Shown one piece after another: positions 1 through 9,112 of a DNA stretch of 64,000 nucleotides. Source of the stretch: an uncultured virus (IMG/VR IMGVR_UViG_3300025158_000014). Its lineage: Duplodnaviria; Heunggongvirae; Uroviricota; Caudoviricetes. The notes below the pieces were generated by a model. The model worked only from the letters and a program-made list of their open reading frames with translations, was not told the origin of the DNA and did not search any database. Each line of letters starts with the position of its first letter. Within the stretch, counting starts at the first letter, position 1. The stretch lies in the IMG/VR virus record IMGVR_UViG_3300025158_000014. One strand, given 5' to 3'. A program made the position numbers and the translations under genes.

Positions 1-153
1 GTTGCGTATCTGGGTGTGGCCAAAATCCTCAAATATCACAATGGCGAAATGGGTTGCGATTTATCAGAAATATATCGATAATAAATTGTGAGGTATTATG
101 GGGAAGAAAAGAAAATTAAAAAAAAACTAAAAAAGCATAAGAAGGGATTTTAT

Positions 154-1185
154 ATGTTTGGTATTAAAGAAAATAAAGCACTTGAACTTATTTCAGATAA
201 AGACTTTGATGATCTGATCAAACTCCATGATAAGGGCGGGGCATTTAACGTAAAAGAATCTAAATTCAATTGTTGGGATTCGGGTATTAAGATCATCAAA
301 ACTTGCGGTCATATAAATGTGTCTAAGTATCACATCGAATTTCACCTTCTTGCACATAAAAAAATTGAAAAATTAAAGAAAGTTTATCCTAATTTGGAAT
401 GGTTGGCGTACTTGGTTGGATCTGTTGACCACGATAATCATAAAGTATCTGTTACTGACTTGGTTATTCCTGATTCTCAAAAGGTTACCGGCACTAGCGT
501 TTATAACGTTGAATATAATTGGGAATCCTTGGCTGATAATAAAGTTATAATTGGTGTTATCCATAGTCATAATACCATGGGAGCATTCTTCTCAGGGACA
601 GATGATGCTTATATCAACCAAAATCATGACGTATCAATTGTGGTCTCTACTGCTGCAGGTCGTGAAATCAAAGCGCAAGTCAGGGTTAAAACTCTTTGTA
701 ATTCTTACATTCTTGCCGAAAACATTGAGTTTTCAGTAAAATACCCCCAACTTTTTGATGAAAGTGAATTTGAGTCCGAACTTTCAGAGAAAATAATTTC
801 TCATTCTTCAATTAGTAGCTGTAGAGGTATTATAGGTCGAAGCTTTTTGAATAATTTCACTGGTTATGATACCGAAAACAATGATTTTCTTGATCTTGAA
901 GAACTTGAATATGAATATCCCGAAAAAATGACCAAACTAGATATTCGTGATGAACTTCTTTTCTATTATGAAGAAGAAGATGTTGATGAGATGATTAGAG
1001 ATGGATCAGCTGTCAATGAACTTAAAATTATTCGTAAAAAAGTAAAAGAGAATTCGGATAAAGGCTTTTTGGATCAAGAGGATGGCTGGTCTTCGGTAGA
1101 CTTTGAAGAAGAATTTGAAGAAGACGAGGATGAGGACGAAGATTACGAATTTGATGATAAATTTGATTATTTTAAGTTGTTGTAG
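154..1185 (+). CDS. JAB/MPN+ (JAMM) metalloprotease-like protein with acidic C-terminal tail
   Basis: LEW...HSHNTMGAFFSGTD fits E-xn-HxH-x7-S-x2-D; ATG at 154 chosen over GTG at 88. Confidence 0.75.
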   Translation: MFGIKENKALELISDKDFDDLIKLHDKGGAFNVKESKFNCWDSGIKIIKTCGHINVSKYHIEFHLLAHKKIEKLKKVYPNLEWLAYLVGSVDHDNHKVSVTDLVIPDSQKVTGTSVYNVEYNWESLADNKVIIGVIHSHNTMGAFFSGTDDAYINQNHDVSIVVSTAAGREIKAQVRVKTLCNSYILAENIEFSVKYPQLFDESEFESELSEKIISHSSISSCRGIIGRSFLNNFTGYDTENNDFLDLEELEYEYPEKMTKLDIRDELLFYYEEEDVDEMIRDGSAVNELKIIRKKVKENSDKGFLDQEDGWSSVDFEEEFEEDEDEDEDYEFDDKFDYFKLL

Positions 1186-1234
1186 ATGATTTCATAGATA
1201 AGACTCAAGAATATAAAAATCCTCCGATGTAATT

Positions 1235-1268
1235 GGAGTATTAACTTAAAGGTTAGTACTCCTTTTTT
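1235..1268 (+). terminator. Rho-independent terminator
   Basis: GGAGTATTAAC/GTTAGTACTCC stem followed by T6. Confidence 0.75.
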
Positions 1269-1269
1269 A

Positions 1270-1277
1270 TATAAATA
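1270..1277 (+). promoter_or_regulatory. T4-type late promoter
   Basis: TATAAATA just upstream of the holin/spanin cassette. Confidence 0.7.
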
Positions 1278-1301
1278 TATATATGCTTAATGGAGGTTAC
1301 T

Positions 1302-1604
1302 ATGAGTGTCATTAAAAAAATATGGGAGTTCTTCATTCCTTTACTATCCGAGAGAAATGATAAAGGTGAATATAAACGAGCATCTTTAGGTAGAATCTCG
1401 TTCTGGATCGTGTTTGGTATAGCAATTTGGATCTGGATAGCAGGAACGGGTGATATTCAAGCATCACATTTACAAATGCTTTACATTACAGCTACCTATA
1501 ATCTCATGAAAAAAGCATCATGGTTTAATAGGTCAGATCTTTCTGCGGGACCAGATGCAAAAAATTATAGTGATCCTTATAATGATAGATCTCCAAGAAT
1601 CTAA
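1302..1604 (+). CDS. Putative holin
   Basis: Small membrane protein, GGAGG SD, directly upstream of the spanins. Confidence 0.55.
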   Translation: MSVIKKIWEFFIPLLSERNDKGEYKRASLGRISFWIVFGIAIWIWIAGTGDIQASHLQMLYITATYNLMKKASWFNRSDLSAGPDAKNYSDPYNDRSPRI

Positions 1605-1613
1605 GGAGTTAAT

Positions 1614-2039
1614 ATGTGGACAACAATACTGACTATAATTAAAAGACCAACAGTGGTCGCCATAATTGTGTTGCTTTTGTTATGCGGAACATTATACATT
1701 AATAACGCTAGACAGGATGTTAAAATTGCGGAATTGGGCACTAAAATCGCAAAAATAGAATTAAATTATTCTACTTGTAAAACCAGTAAATCTACACTAC
1801 AAGAAGCTATCAACGTTTGTAATGGTCAGTCTGATGCTTGGGTTGCAAGTAATGATGCTCTAAGAGAACAGATAACCAAATGTTACGATGAAGTTGCTTA
1901 TTGGCAAAATTTATATGATAACAAAATCTGTTTCACTAATGAAGACGAAACCCCTGTTGTCCCCTCTCAGGGTAAGGTGGTCAATGATGTTAAAAGTTCC
2001 GAAGCTGTTCATCGTATTAACATTATTTTTGGGGATTAA
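1614..2039 (+). CDS. i-spanin (Rz-like)
   Basis: N-terminal TM, coiled coil with Cys, overlaps a downstream lipoprotein gene. Confidence 0.7.
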   Translation: MWTTILTIIKRPTVVAIIVLLLLCGTLYINNARQDVKIAELGTKIAKIELNYSTCKTSKSTLQEAINVCNGQSDAWVASNDALREQITKCYDEVAYWQNLYDNKICFTNEDETPVVPSQGKVVNDVKSSEAVHRINIIFGD

Positions 2040-2295
2040 TGGATGTGGTTGGTTTTCCAAACCTGAACCTGAAATTGTTACAAAAATATCATATATTTAC
2101 GTATATAATAAATGTCCTATACCAAAAGTACCAGAATATACAAAGCTTGATAATTCTAGTCATATAGGAAGTGCTTTTAATATAAATATTCTTGTAGGAA
2201 ATGTAGAAAAAATGAAATCCTATAATAAAAGTTTGTTGGGGTCATTGGAGTGTTATGACAAACAAACCAAGGAGATAAATAATGATAGACATTGA
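1984..2295 (+). CDS. o-spanin lipoprotein (Rz1-like)
   Basis: Signal peptide ending LFLGINGC (lipobox), Pro/Cys-rich mature part, overlaps the i-spanin 3' end. Confidence 0.7.
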   Translation: MMLKVPKLFIVLTLFLGINGCGWFSKPEPEIVTKISYIYVYNKCPIPKVPEYTKLDNSSHIGSAFNINILVGNVEKMKSYNKSLLGSLECYDKQTKEINNDRH

Positions 2296-2540
2296 TTTAT
2301 TAGTTGAAAGATATATAATAGATGCTAATATTTATTCGGGGAATAAAACTCCGATGTCCAGAGTAGAAGCTTTGAGTGAGTAGATTGGAAAAATCAAAAG
2401 ACAAAGATGAAATGGGGTTTCTTGTCAGAGTTGCTAGTTTTGCCGGTGCGACTCGACATGAACTAGAAGATGCTCTTAATGGTAGAAAATATAATTTCTA
2501 TACAGCAGATATCAACAAAGAAAAGCGATGGAGATGGTGA
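2282..2540 (+). pseudogene. Frameshifted small protein with capsid-targeting-like leader
   Basis: Starts MIDIDLLVERYIID; GAGT is duplicated at 2374-2381 and removing one copy restores an ORF to 2540. Confidence 0.55.
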
Positions 2541-2755
2541 TGAATAACATATTAGATCGAATTAATGATAAACTGGATGAGATGGCAAAAGGAGATTTTG
2601 CTGGATGGGTTGCTATGTATGGTGGTAAGCGCATTGAAATTACCAAAGATCAAGCAACAGATTTATATGGAGCAAAACAGCTTGCTATCAAACAGTTAAA
2701 AGTTCCCAAATCAAAACAAGGTCTTTTAGCTATAAAGCTGGGTTATGAAGAATAA
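2540..2755 (+). CDS. Small putative internal head protein
   Basis: MNNILDRINDKLDE leader; tightly coupled in a late operon. Confidence 0.55.
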   Translation: MNNILDRINDKLDEMAKGDFAGWVAMYGGKRIEITKDQATDLYGAKQLAIKQLKVPKSKQGLLAIKLGYEE

Positions 2756-3141
2756 TGAGATTTGAACGATACATAAACGAAGGTGATGGTGATTTTGACT
2801 TAAATAAACGTATCGTTTTTTCATGGAAAGGTCATAAGGTAGTTAATACCGAGCATGGTAAGCAACGCATCAAACAACGTAGTGATATTACGGACTTTCA
2901 AATGTTGACAATGTTCAAAAATGCTATTAAGAAGATTGAAAGTAAATCCGTAAAGATAGGGGAAAAAATTGTTTTTTGGTCTAAAACATTAGGACAAGCT
3001 TTTATAGCAAAGATAGATGATGTTAAGGATTTGATATTACTTACGTTCTTTCCGAGACACAAGAAACCGAGTGGAGTAAATGATCCATATCAACGAGAAG
3101 TTGTTATAGAAGGCGAACATTTAAGAATAGTGGAGATATGA
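2755..3141 (+). CDS. Putative virion-packaged protein, possible BECR/RelE-like RNase fold
   Basis: MRFERYINE leader; TEHGKQRIKQR...ILLTFF pattern. Confidence 0.45.
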   Translation: MRFERYINEGDGDFDLNKRIVFSWKGHKVVNTEHGKQRIKQRSDITDFQMLTMFKNAIKKIESKSVKIGEKIVFWSKTLGQAFIAKIDDVKDLILLTFFPRHKKPSGVNDPYQREVVIEGEHLRIVEI

Positions 3142-3845
3142 AATTAATGAGGCTTGAGCAGTATATAACCGAAAGCATTAACGATAAGGGTATTTTCAAG
3201 GCCATATTCATGGCAGGTTCGCCGGGATCAGGAAAGTCGTTTGTAAGAAAAAAATTGTCAGGTGGGTATGAACCCAGAGTCGTAAATACCGATAAATTCA
3301 CAGAATTCTTCGGGGGGTGGAATGGTTTTAGTGAGAAGATAAAACTTCTTAATAATAATCAATTATTGTTATATTTAAATTCTATGTTACCTCTTTGGAT
3401 TGACGGAACTTCTGGTAATAGAAACAATCTCATGACAAGAGAAGGTCTTTTGTCAGGGATGGGATACGATACTGGTATGATATGGGTCAATACTGACCTT
3501 GACGAAGCAGTTAAGAGGGCACAGGAGCGCGAAGCCCATGGCGGTAGACATGTTGATATCCCTTGGTTAAAAGAAACTTACGAAAAAATTCAGAAGATGA
3601 AATCATTCTATATGACTCGTTTTCAATGGTTCTTAGAGGTTGACAATAATACTGGACAATTAACTGATGAAGTGGTACAAAATCTATACTCAAAAACACT
3701 TCCATTTTTTGGGGGACCAGTGAAAAACCCACATGGGCAAGAAATTATAAATACTTTAAAAGAGATGGGTGGAAAATACCTTACGGATATGGAAGAATAT
3801 GATATGAAGTTTATTCAAAATAGAACAAAAGCGTGGTTTACGTGA
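3138..3845 (+). CDS. P-loop kinase (zeta-toxin/AAA_33-like) with capsid-targeting-like leader
   Basis: MRLEQYITE; Walker A GSPGSGKS; WIDGT; lid RAQERE. Confidence 0.75.
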   Translation: MKLMRLEQYITESINDKGIFKAIFMAGSPGSGKSFVRKKLSGGYEPRVVNTDKFTEFFGGWNGFSEKIKLLNNNQLLLYLNSMLPLWIDGTSGNRNNLMTREGLLSGMGYDTGMIWVNTDLDEAVKRAQEREAHGGRHVDIPWLKETYEKIQKMKSFYMTRFQWFLEVDNNTGQLTDEVVQNLYSKTLPFFGGPVKNPHGQEIINTLKEMGGKYLTDMEEYDMKFIQNRTKAWFT

Positions 3846-4681
3846 TGAAAAAGTTCTACGATAAATTAAATGAGGCGACAACTCTATCTTCCGGTGGATA
3901 TACTAATCCCGGTGATGGATCTGGTATTACAGGTGATGATGATCTTCCTACTGGTACGACTGTGTTTGGTGATAAAATGGTGCCTGTTGTTGTAAATAAT
4001 CGATTAACAGGTAAAACCATAAAGTATGTACCAGCCGAGGATCTAGGTCAAGGGTGGAATTATGATGAATTTGAAAATTCATCTGGTATGGGATCAATAA
4101 AAGGGTATTCAACGACACTCTTAGGTTTAAGAGAATTATTAGGGAAAAGGTTGTTTAAACATGCCCAAAAAGAGAAACTTAAGATGCAGACTGATAAATG
4201 GGATAAGCGTTCAGGGGATCAAGATGATAGCGGTACTAATCAAACAGCAAAGATCAGTGATGATGATCCTTCAAAAATAGAATTATCTAAGGGTGGAACT
4301 GAAAGTGAAATTAAGAATGAAAAACCCGAAACAAATGATCATTGGAGAGAAGTGCCTATGAAACATATTGGCGATTTAGACATAATGGAGAAAATTAACA
4401 ATTACTTAGGGGAACCCGAAGAGATGGTTAATGAGGTGGTTGCTGATGCGAATGACAGGAAATTATTAGCACAAGCTATCATAAAAGGCAAGAACACAAA
4501 GATAAGTATTAAGAGTTTAGGTGTTCAGGCGATTGTGACCAATTCTGAGGCTGAAACTATTGTAACATACCAAAAAAATGAAGATTTTACTCTAATTTTA
4601 GTGGATATTGCTGATACTTTGGGCATGGAATTTAAATTAACCAAAGATGGTGGAAAACAAGCTTTCCGTTTAATAAAATAA
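3845..4681 (+). CDS. Hypothetical protein, putative internal head protein
   Basis: MKKFYDKLNE leader, long ORF. Confidence 0.55.
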   Translation: MKKFYDKLNEATTLSSGGYTNPGDGSGITGDDDLPTGTTVFGDKMVPVVVNNRLTGKTIKYVPAEDLGQGWNYDEFENSSGMGSIKGYSTTLLGLRELLGKRLFKHAQKEKLKMQTDKWDKRSGDQDDSGTNQTAKISDDDPSKIELSKGGTESEIKNEKPETNDHWREVPMKHIGDLDIMEKINNYLGEPEEMVNEVVADANDRKLLAQAIIKGKNTKISIKSLGVQAIVTNSEAETIVTYQKNEDFTLILVDIADTLGMEFKLTKDGGKQAFRLIK

Positions 4682-4691
4682 AACCCTGTTA

Positions 4692-5033
4692 TCAATCGAA
4701 CAGGGTTTCTTTATACCTCTGACCTTCTATGATATTGTATTCTGTCACATCAAAACCTTCAATGTTGTAATATTTGAGTCTAGTCTCTGAGTTTTTGGTT
4801 AGATTCTTCTCTGTATCGCAAATATCCCAAACAATTGCACCATTATCTTTATCTGCATGAAGTCTCAAGGTTCGTCCTATACTCTGTAAGATTCTTATCT
4901 TACTTTTAAATGGTGATGCAAGTATTAAGTGTCTCAGTGATTTAATGTTTATTCCCTGCTGGAAAATCCCGTAAGTGGCGATAAGAACTATTTTCTTTGC
5001 CACGAAATCCTCCTTTACTTCTGTTGGTTTCAT
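4692..5033 (-). CDS. uvsW: UvsW helicase, C-terminal fragment (motifs V-VI)
   Basis: IATYGIFQQGINI and QSIGRTLR; alternative GTG start at 5003 with an AAGGAGG SD. Confidence 0.85.
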   Translation of the reverse strand: MKPTEVKEDFVAKKIVLIATYGIFQQGINIKSLRHLILASPFKSKIRILQSIGRTLRLHADKDNGAIVWDICDTEKNLTKNSETRLKYYNIEGFDVTEYNIIEGQRYKETLFD

Positions 5034-5050
5034 GCGTCACGTATCTCCTG

Positions 5051-6208
5051 TTATGCTAGCTTTTCCCAAGCTATATTTTGTGGACTTTTTAGTTCTTGTA
5101 AACGAACCGTGGCATTTGCACCAAATACTCTATTTGCGTATCTCAACCACAAATCCATAGTTGAGGTTTCCTTAGATCCTTTTCTTCCGATCTTCACTTT
5201 CAATACAAAACCAGTAGCTTTTTTATCAGTAATATTATATGAAATATCTTTAATTTCTAAGGGGTTGTTTGTCAGTTCTGATCTTGAAGGAACATAATAT
5301 AGACTCTTCTGTGACTGATAAAAATATGGTTTAACGGAAAAGTTTAGCAATTTTTCTATAACATGTGTGTTTGTTAATGCATTAGATATTAGAGGCAAAA
5401 CACCATTAGCAGCCGCTTCAAATACCTGCTTTGATAATGTGCTGAATTCTTGGGTATTTGCTGTTAAATGTGCCCCAAACACAGAATGTAATTCAATATT
5501 ATGCCCAACTTCGGCTAGCAATCCACTTTCTGTGTAATCTTTACTTTTGTTTTTAGCAACAACAGTATATGAATTATCCGTATTATATCTGATATTATAG
5601 TGTGGTGACCTTTTATCGGGAACATAAATTTCTCCCTTCATACTCTTGGCTTTTGCTAGAGTTGACTTCATAACCACAGTCTTCCATTTATCATATAATC
5701 CCGTACTAACTTTATCACAATAAAATTTTATACTATCAACTCCTTTGGGGTTTTCTATACCAAGATGTGAGGGTGACAAATTAGATAATGTGATACCTTG
5801 CTTCCCTTTAATCGAAATGCCGAACGCAGAAGAACCAACAAATTCAACGTCAGCTGGATTACTATCATCACCCTTGGCATTTGTACCGCCCACCCAAAAT
5901 AATTTTGGTATTGATCCGACTTTACCTGTGACTAATTTTTTTCTGGACTTTGATATTTCATAATATGTATTGAATACGTTAGCGTTATAGTTTATAGGAA
6001 GAAATTTAAGTATTTCTGAATAAACGTGATCAGGATTTTCCAATTTATTGGAATCCCACCATAAACTAGGGTCAAACTCAAGACTGGTAGGATCAAATCC
6101 TTTTAAATTCTGAGTCTTTGTAGTATATGCTAGAAGACATGCTAATTCGGTATTGTACCGTTCGGCACCAGACTTCCCACCCTCAAGTAAATATTGTTCG
6201 AATTTCAT
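5051..6208 (-). CDS. Putative PD-(D/E)XK restriction-endonuclease-like protein with capsid-targeting-like leader
   Basis: MKFEQYLLE; PADVEF...GISIK; overlaps the methyltransferase stop codon (ATGA). Confidence 0.55.
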   Translation of the reverse strand: MKFEQYLLEGGKSGAERYNTELACLLAYTTKTQNLKGFDPTSLEFDPSLWWDSNKLENPDHVYSEILKFLPINYNANVFNTYYEISKSRKKLVTGKVGSIPKLFWVGGTNAKGDDSNPADVEFVGSSAFGISIKGKQGITLSNLSPSHLGIENPKGVDSIKFYCDKVSTGLYDKWKTVVMKSTLAKAKSMKGEIYVPDKRSPHYNIRYNTDNSYTVVAKNKSKDYTESGLLAEVGHNIELHSVFGAHLTANTQEFSTLSKQVFEAAANGVLPLISNALTNTHVIEKLLNFSVKPYFYQSQKSLYYVPSRSELTNNPLEIKDISYNITDKKATGFVLKVKIGRKGSKETSTMDLWLRYANRVFGANATVRLQELKSPQNIAWEKLA

Positions 6209-7029
6209 AAGTTATCTTTATTATCCTCGTATAATTGTATAAATTCCCCTATTGTAAACGTGGGGCTTATTGCAGTTGTATCATACGAATATTTATACAA
6301 TAAATGATTTAGTTTTTTTAACTTTGAAACAATAATATCACTGTCAACTTTTAAGAATATAAATTGTGTTATTGGGGTTGCATAGCTAGATTCAATTAAC
6401 TCACCTACACGATTGCTGTATCCTGTTCTACGAATAGCATAGTTAGTGTTGTTTATATCAAATTTATTCCCCTGTGGTATGACTTGGAAATCAGATGAAT
6501 GTTTTGGTAATATTATTTTCTTTCTAGGAAAAAAATCTTTTTTCCAGACCTGAATACAACATCTAGCGTTTGTACCTGATACAAATGATCCAATATCAAC
6601 ATTCAATTGCTGATCCAAGTGAAATCTTGTGTCAAGCTGGTTAATTATATATGCTTTTTTAAACGATCTTGGTAGTATAAATGCTATAGTATCACTATAC
6701 TTTGCTGCATGATTAAAGAATTCGATAGCCAATTGCGCTCTGAATCCAAATGGCGGATTGCCGATGGTTAGAATTTTCTGACCATCTTTGGGGCGCATAT
6801 CAAAATCAAAGAAGTCCATTTTTTTTATAACATCATCATTTTCGGGTGCGATATCTAAGGCAATTAGCTTTGATGCATCTATAAAATTACATATAGAACC
6901 ATCACCAGCAGAGGGTTCTATTATGTGGTCATAATCATCCTGATTTATAAGGCTCACCAATTTCTTCGAAACATCAACATTTGTGTAATGTTTGTCTAGT
7001 TTTTCTTTTGTCTGTTTTTGTGTCATCAT
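6205..7029 (-). CDS. Amino (probably N6-adenine) DNA methyltransferase, gamma motif order
   Basis: IIEPSAGDGS (motif I) followed by IGNPPFG (motif IV). Confidence 0.85.
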   Translation of the reverse strand: MMTQKQTKEKLDKHYTNVDVSKKLVSLINQDDYDHIIEPSAGDGSICNFIDASKLIALDIAPENDDVIKKMDFFDFDMRPKDGQKILTIGNPPFGFRAQLAIEFFNHAAKYSDTIAFILPRSFKKAYIINQLDTRFHLDQQLNVDIGSFVSGTNARCCIQVWKKDFFPRKKIILPKHSSDFQVIPQGNKFDINNTNYAIRRTGYSNRVGELIESSYATPITQFIFLKVDSDIIVSKLKKLNHLLYKYSYDTTAISPTFTIGEFIQLYEDNKDNL

Positions 7030-7058
7030 TTATTATGTGTCACACCTTATATTCGTAA

Positions 7059-7862
7059 TCAATCTTTACTAATATTACTTGTAATCCAATCGTCAGCAAT
7101 ATCATCATCAATGGTGATTTCTGATGCTTTCTTGAAACTGCCATCCGTGAGAGGAATATTTTCATCAGGACTAATTTGTATCTCAGTTTCACCGAAAAAA
7201 AGTTTAATCACCTTTTCACCCTGATCATCCATACATTTACGCCATCTTTCTCTTTTTGTAGCAGAATCTTTACCACTTAAGAACTTTATTTCATGATCTT
7301 TAAGGGTCTCATCTTCCTCTAAAACCGTCTTTAATGTTTCACCCTCATCCGACACCTTACCTACAAGAATCAACACATTACCGTCCGAATTCTTAATGAT
7401 GTCCTTGATTAGACCCTGACGATATGAATTATTAAAACATATATCCTTTATTTCGTTATAATTAGCTAGACCTTGGCGATGTGAATTATCAGAGCATATA
7501 TCCTTTTTTCCTGTATGACTACTTCTCGGTGGTACTTTATATTCAATATGAACCATTTTAATGAATGCTTCTGCAACGTAACCCATCTTGGCTAATCTTG
7601 AGGCACCATATTCACGTAATACCGGACCGAGATAGGATTGAACTTGTAGACAATCCAACTGTTGAGAGGGCATTGTACCAGTAAAACCAAATCTCCATCT
7701 TGCATTAGGACACATTTGTAACAATTCATTTAATACGATTGCTTTGCAGCCATGACAATTGGATACAACTATATCATTGGCGATATAATTGTTATTATTT
7801 TTTACATGGAGATTGTATACCTTATCAGGTTTTTCAATTTCAGTTCTTTTTACGAGTCGCAT
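7059..7862 (-). CDS. uvsW: UvsW middle fragment: C-intein (35 aa), helicase motifs II-IV, Hint-like tail
   Basis: MRLVKRTEI...VYNLHV...YIANDIVVSN|CHG; FGFTGT; FLSGKD. Confidence 0.85.
   Translation of the reverse strand: MRLVKRTEIEKPDKVYNLHVKNNNNYIANDIVVSNCHGCKAIVLNELLQMCPNARWRFGFTGTMPSQQLDCLQVQSYLGPVLREYGASRLAKMGYVAEAFIKMVHIEYKVPPRSSHTGKKDICSDNSHRQGLANYNEIKDICFNNSYRQGLIKDIIKNSDGNVLILVGKVSDEGETLKTVLEEDETLKDHEIKFLSGKDSATKRERWRKCMDDQGEKVIKLFFGETEIQISPDENIPLTDGSFKKASEITIDDDIADDWITSNISKD
7758..7862 (-). mobile_element. Split intein C-half
   Basis: Block F/G pattern ending Ser-Asn, followed by +1 Cys. Confidence 0.85.
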
Positions 7863-8772
7863 TTAATTTCCTTGTGGTTTCTTCATCAAACACACCATCA
7901 GCGAGACGATGAATGTTATCTGTTATATATTCTTCTGTTAAAATGTCATAAGTGTATCCGTTAAGATAACACCATTCAGACAAACACTCTTCTTTGGTAC
8001 GTTCTACCTTCCCATTAACTCTACACATTGGTTTTAGTTCTACAATGTGTTTTGTGTTATGATTAACAAAATCCACGATATATATCTTATCTTTGCCTTC
8101 AATATTATACGGTATTCTCAAGGTTTCGTATTCATAATCTTGATTGAAGTGGTGAAAGAATGCTTCCCATGACGATCTATATTTTTTATTGTTATAATAT
8201 ACTTGCCAATGTGTATGTGAATTATGAATATTTGGTGTAAAATCTCCATTCATAATCAACTTTTTAACAGAAACAGATTGTTTATATCTTTGCTCTTTTG
8301 TAGGTATAACACCAAATGAAGGGTTGCCTTCACCCATCCTATCACAAGAAAGTTTTAACAAACGGTCATCATCTTCTTTTGTTAGTCCTTTATTCCAAGG
8401 AGATAATCCTGTTTGTATGTCTTTATTCCAAGGGTTACCAGTGTTTAAGTTGTTACGTATCTTATCACCATGTTTGTCCTGACAACCAAGACCGCCCTTT
8501 TTTGCAATATCATGCTTCATTTGTCTATAATATTTTTCCCTTATATTAGAGTCTATGTTATATAATAAATCAAACATGGTTACATATGGCGATTTTAATA
8601 TTCTTCTGTTAAGAGTAATTACATCGTTTCTTCTTTCAATAACAAGACCATTAGACAATACAGATTTCGTTGGGCTGTAGTTCTTTACTCTGAGTAATTG
8701 ATTATTTTTTTCTAATACATCGTTTAGTTTGTTTCTATGGTTGTTATGTCTTGATATTTCGTTGTTTCTCAT
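7840..8772 (-). CDS. Free-standing homing endonuclease between the split-intein halves
   Basis: NUMOD-like PWNKGLTK/GEGNPSFG repeats; YRSSWE...YIVDF...IVELKP (TnsA-like PD-(D/E)XK). Confidence 0.75.
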   Translation of the reverse strand: MRNNEISRHNNHRNKLNDVLEKNNQLLRVKNYSPTKSVLSNGLVIERRNDVITLNRRILKSPYVTMFDLLYNIDSNIREKYYRQMKHDIAKKGGLGCQDKHGDKIRNNLNTGNPWNKDIQTGLSPWNKGLTKEDDDRLLKLSCDRMGEGNPSFGVIPTKEQRYKQSVSVKKLIMNGDFTPNIHNSHTHWQVYYNNKKYRSSWEAFFHHFNQDYEYETLRIPYNIEGKDKIYIVDFVNHNTKHIVELKPMCRVNGKVERTKEECLSEWCYLNGYTYDILTEEYITDNIHRLADGVFDEETTRKLNATRKKN

Positions 8773-8805
8773 AATACATACCCTCTTGTGATGTGAACTT
8801 ATAGG

Positions 8806-8813
8806 TATTTATA
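8806..8813 (-). promoter_or_regulatory. T4-type late promoter for the endonuclease and downstream fragments
   Basis: TATAAATA on the minus strand, 34 nt upstream of the ATG at 8772. Confidence 0.65.
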
Positions 8814-8818
8814 TTTTT

Positions 8819-9112
8819 TTATTCAAACCCTATAACATCATGTTCACAAGTTAACTCATCTGCCCTGATATAACCTTTATCGGTAAGTATTTTATGATTA
8901 CCTGTAACTCTTAATATTTCACCACCATCAAATTCTAACTCATACATTCTCTCGTTAGATGATATAGTCATGTTTTCGTATACATCTTCAATTATATCTT
9001 GTTCATATTCATTAGTTTCGGTGTTATACGAAATAACGATGTCCCCTATAACCAAATCTTTTATCTTTTTATAGCCATTGTCGGTTTTTATGAGAGTATC
9101 GCCATCAACACA
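8819..9112 (-). mobile_element. Split intein N-half (97 aa)
   Basis: Block A CVDGDTLI and block B VTGNHK, then stop. Confidence 0.85.

Noticed and set aside
7212..7235. Cys in KCMDDQ as residue 1 of a second functional intein
   Set aside because: Poor block A, no TxxH, and no C-terminal Asn plus nucleophile in the downstream fragment.
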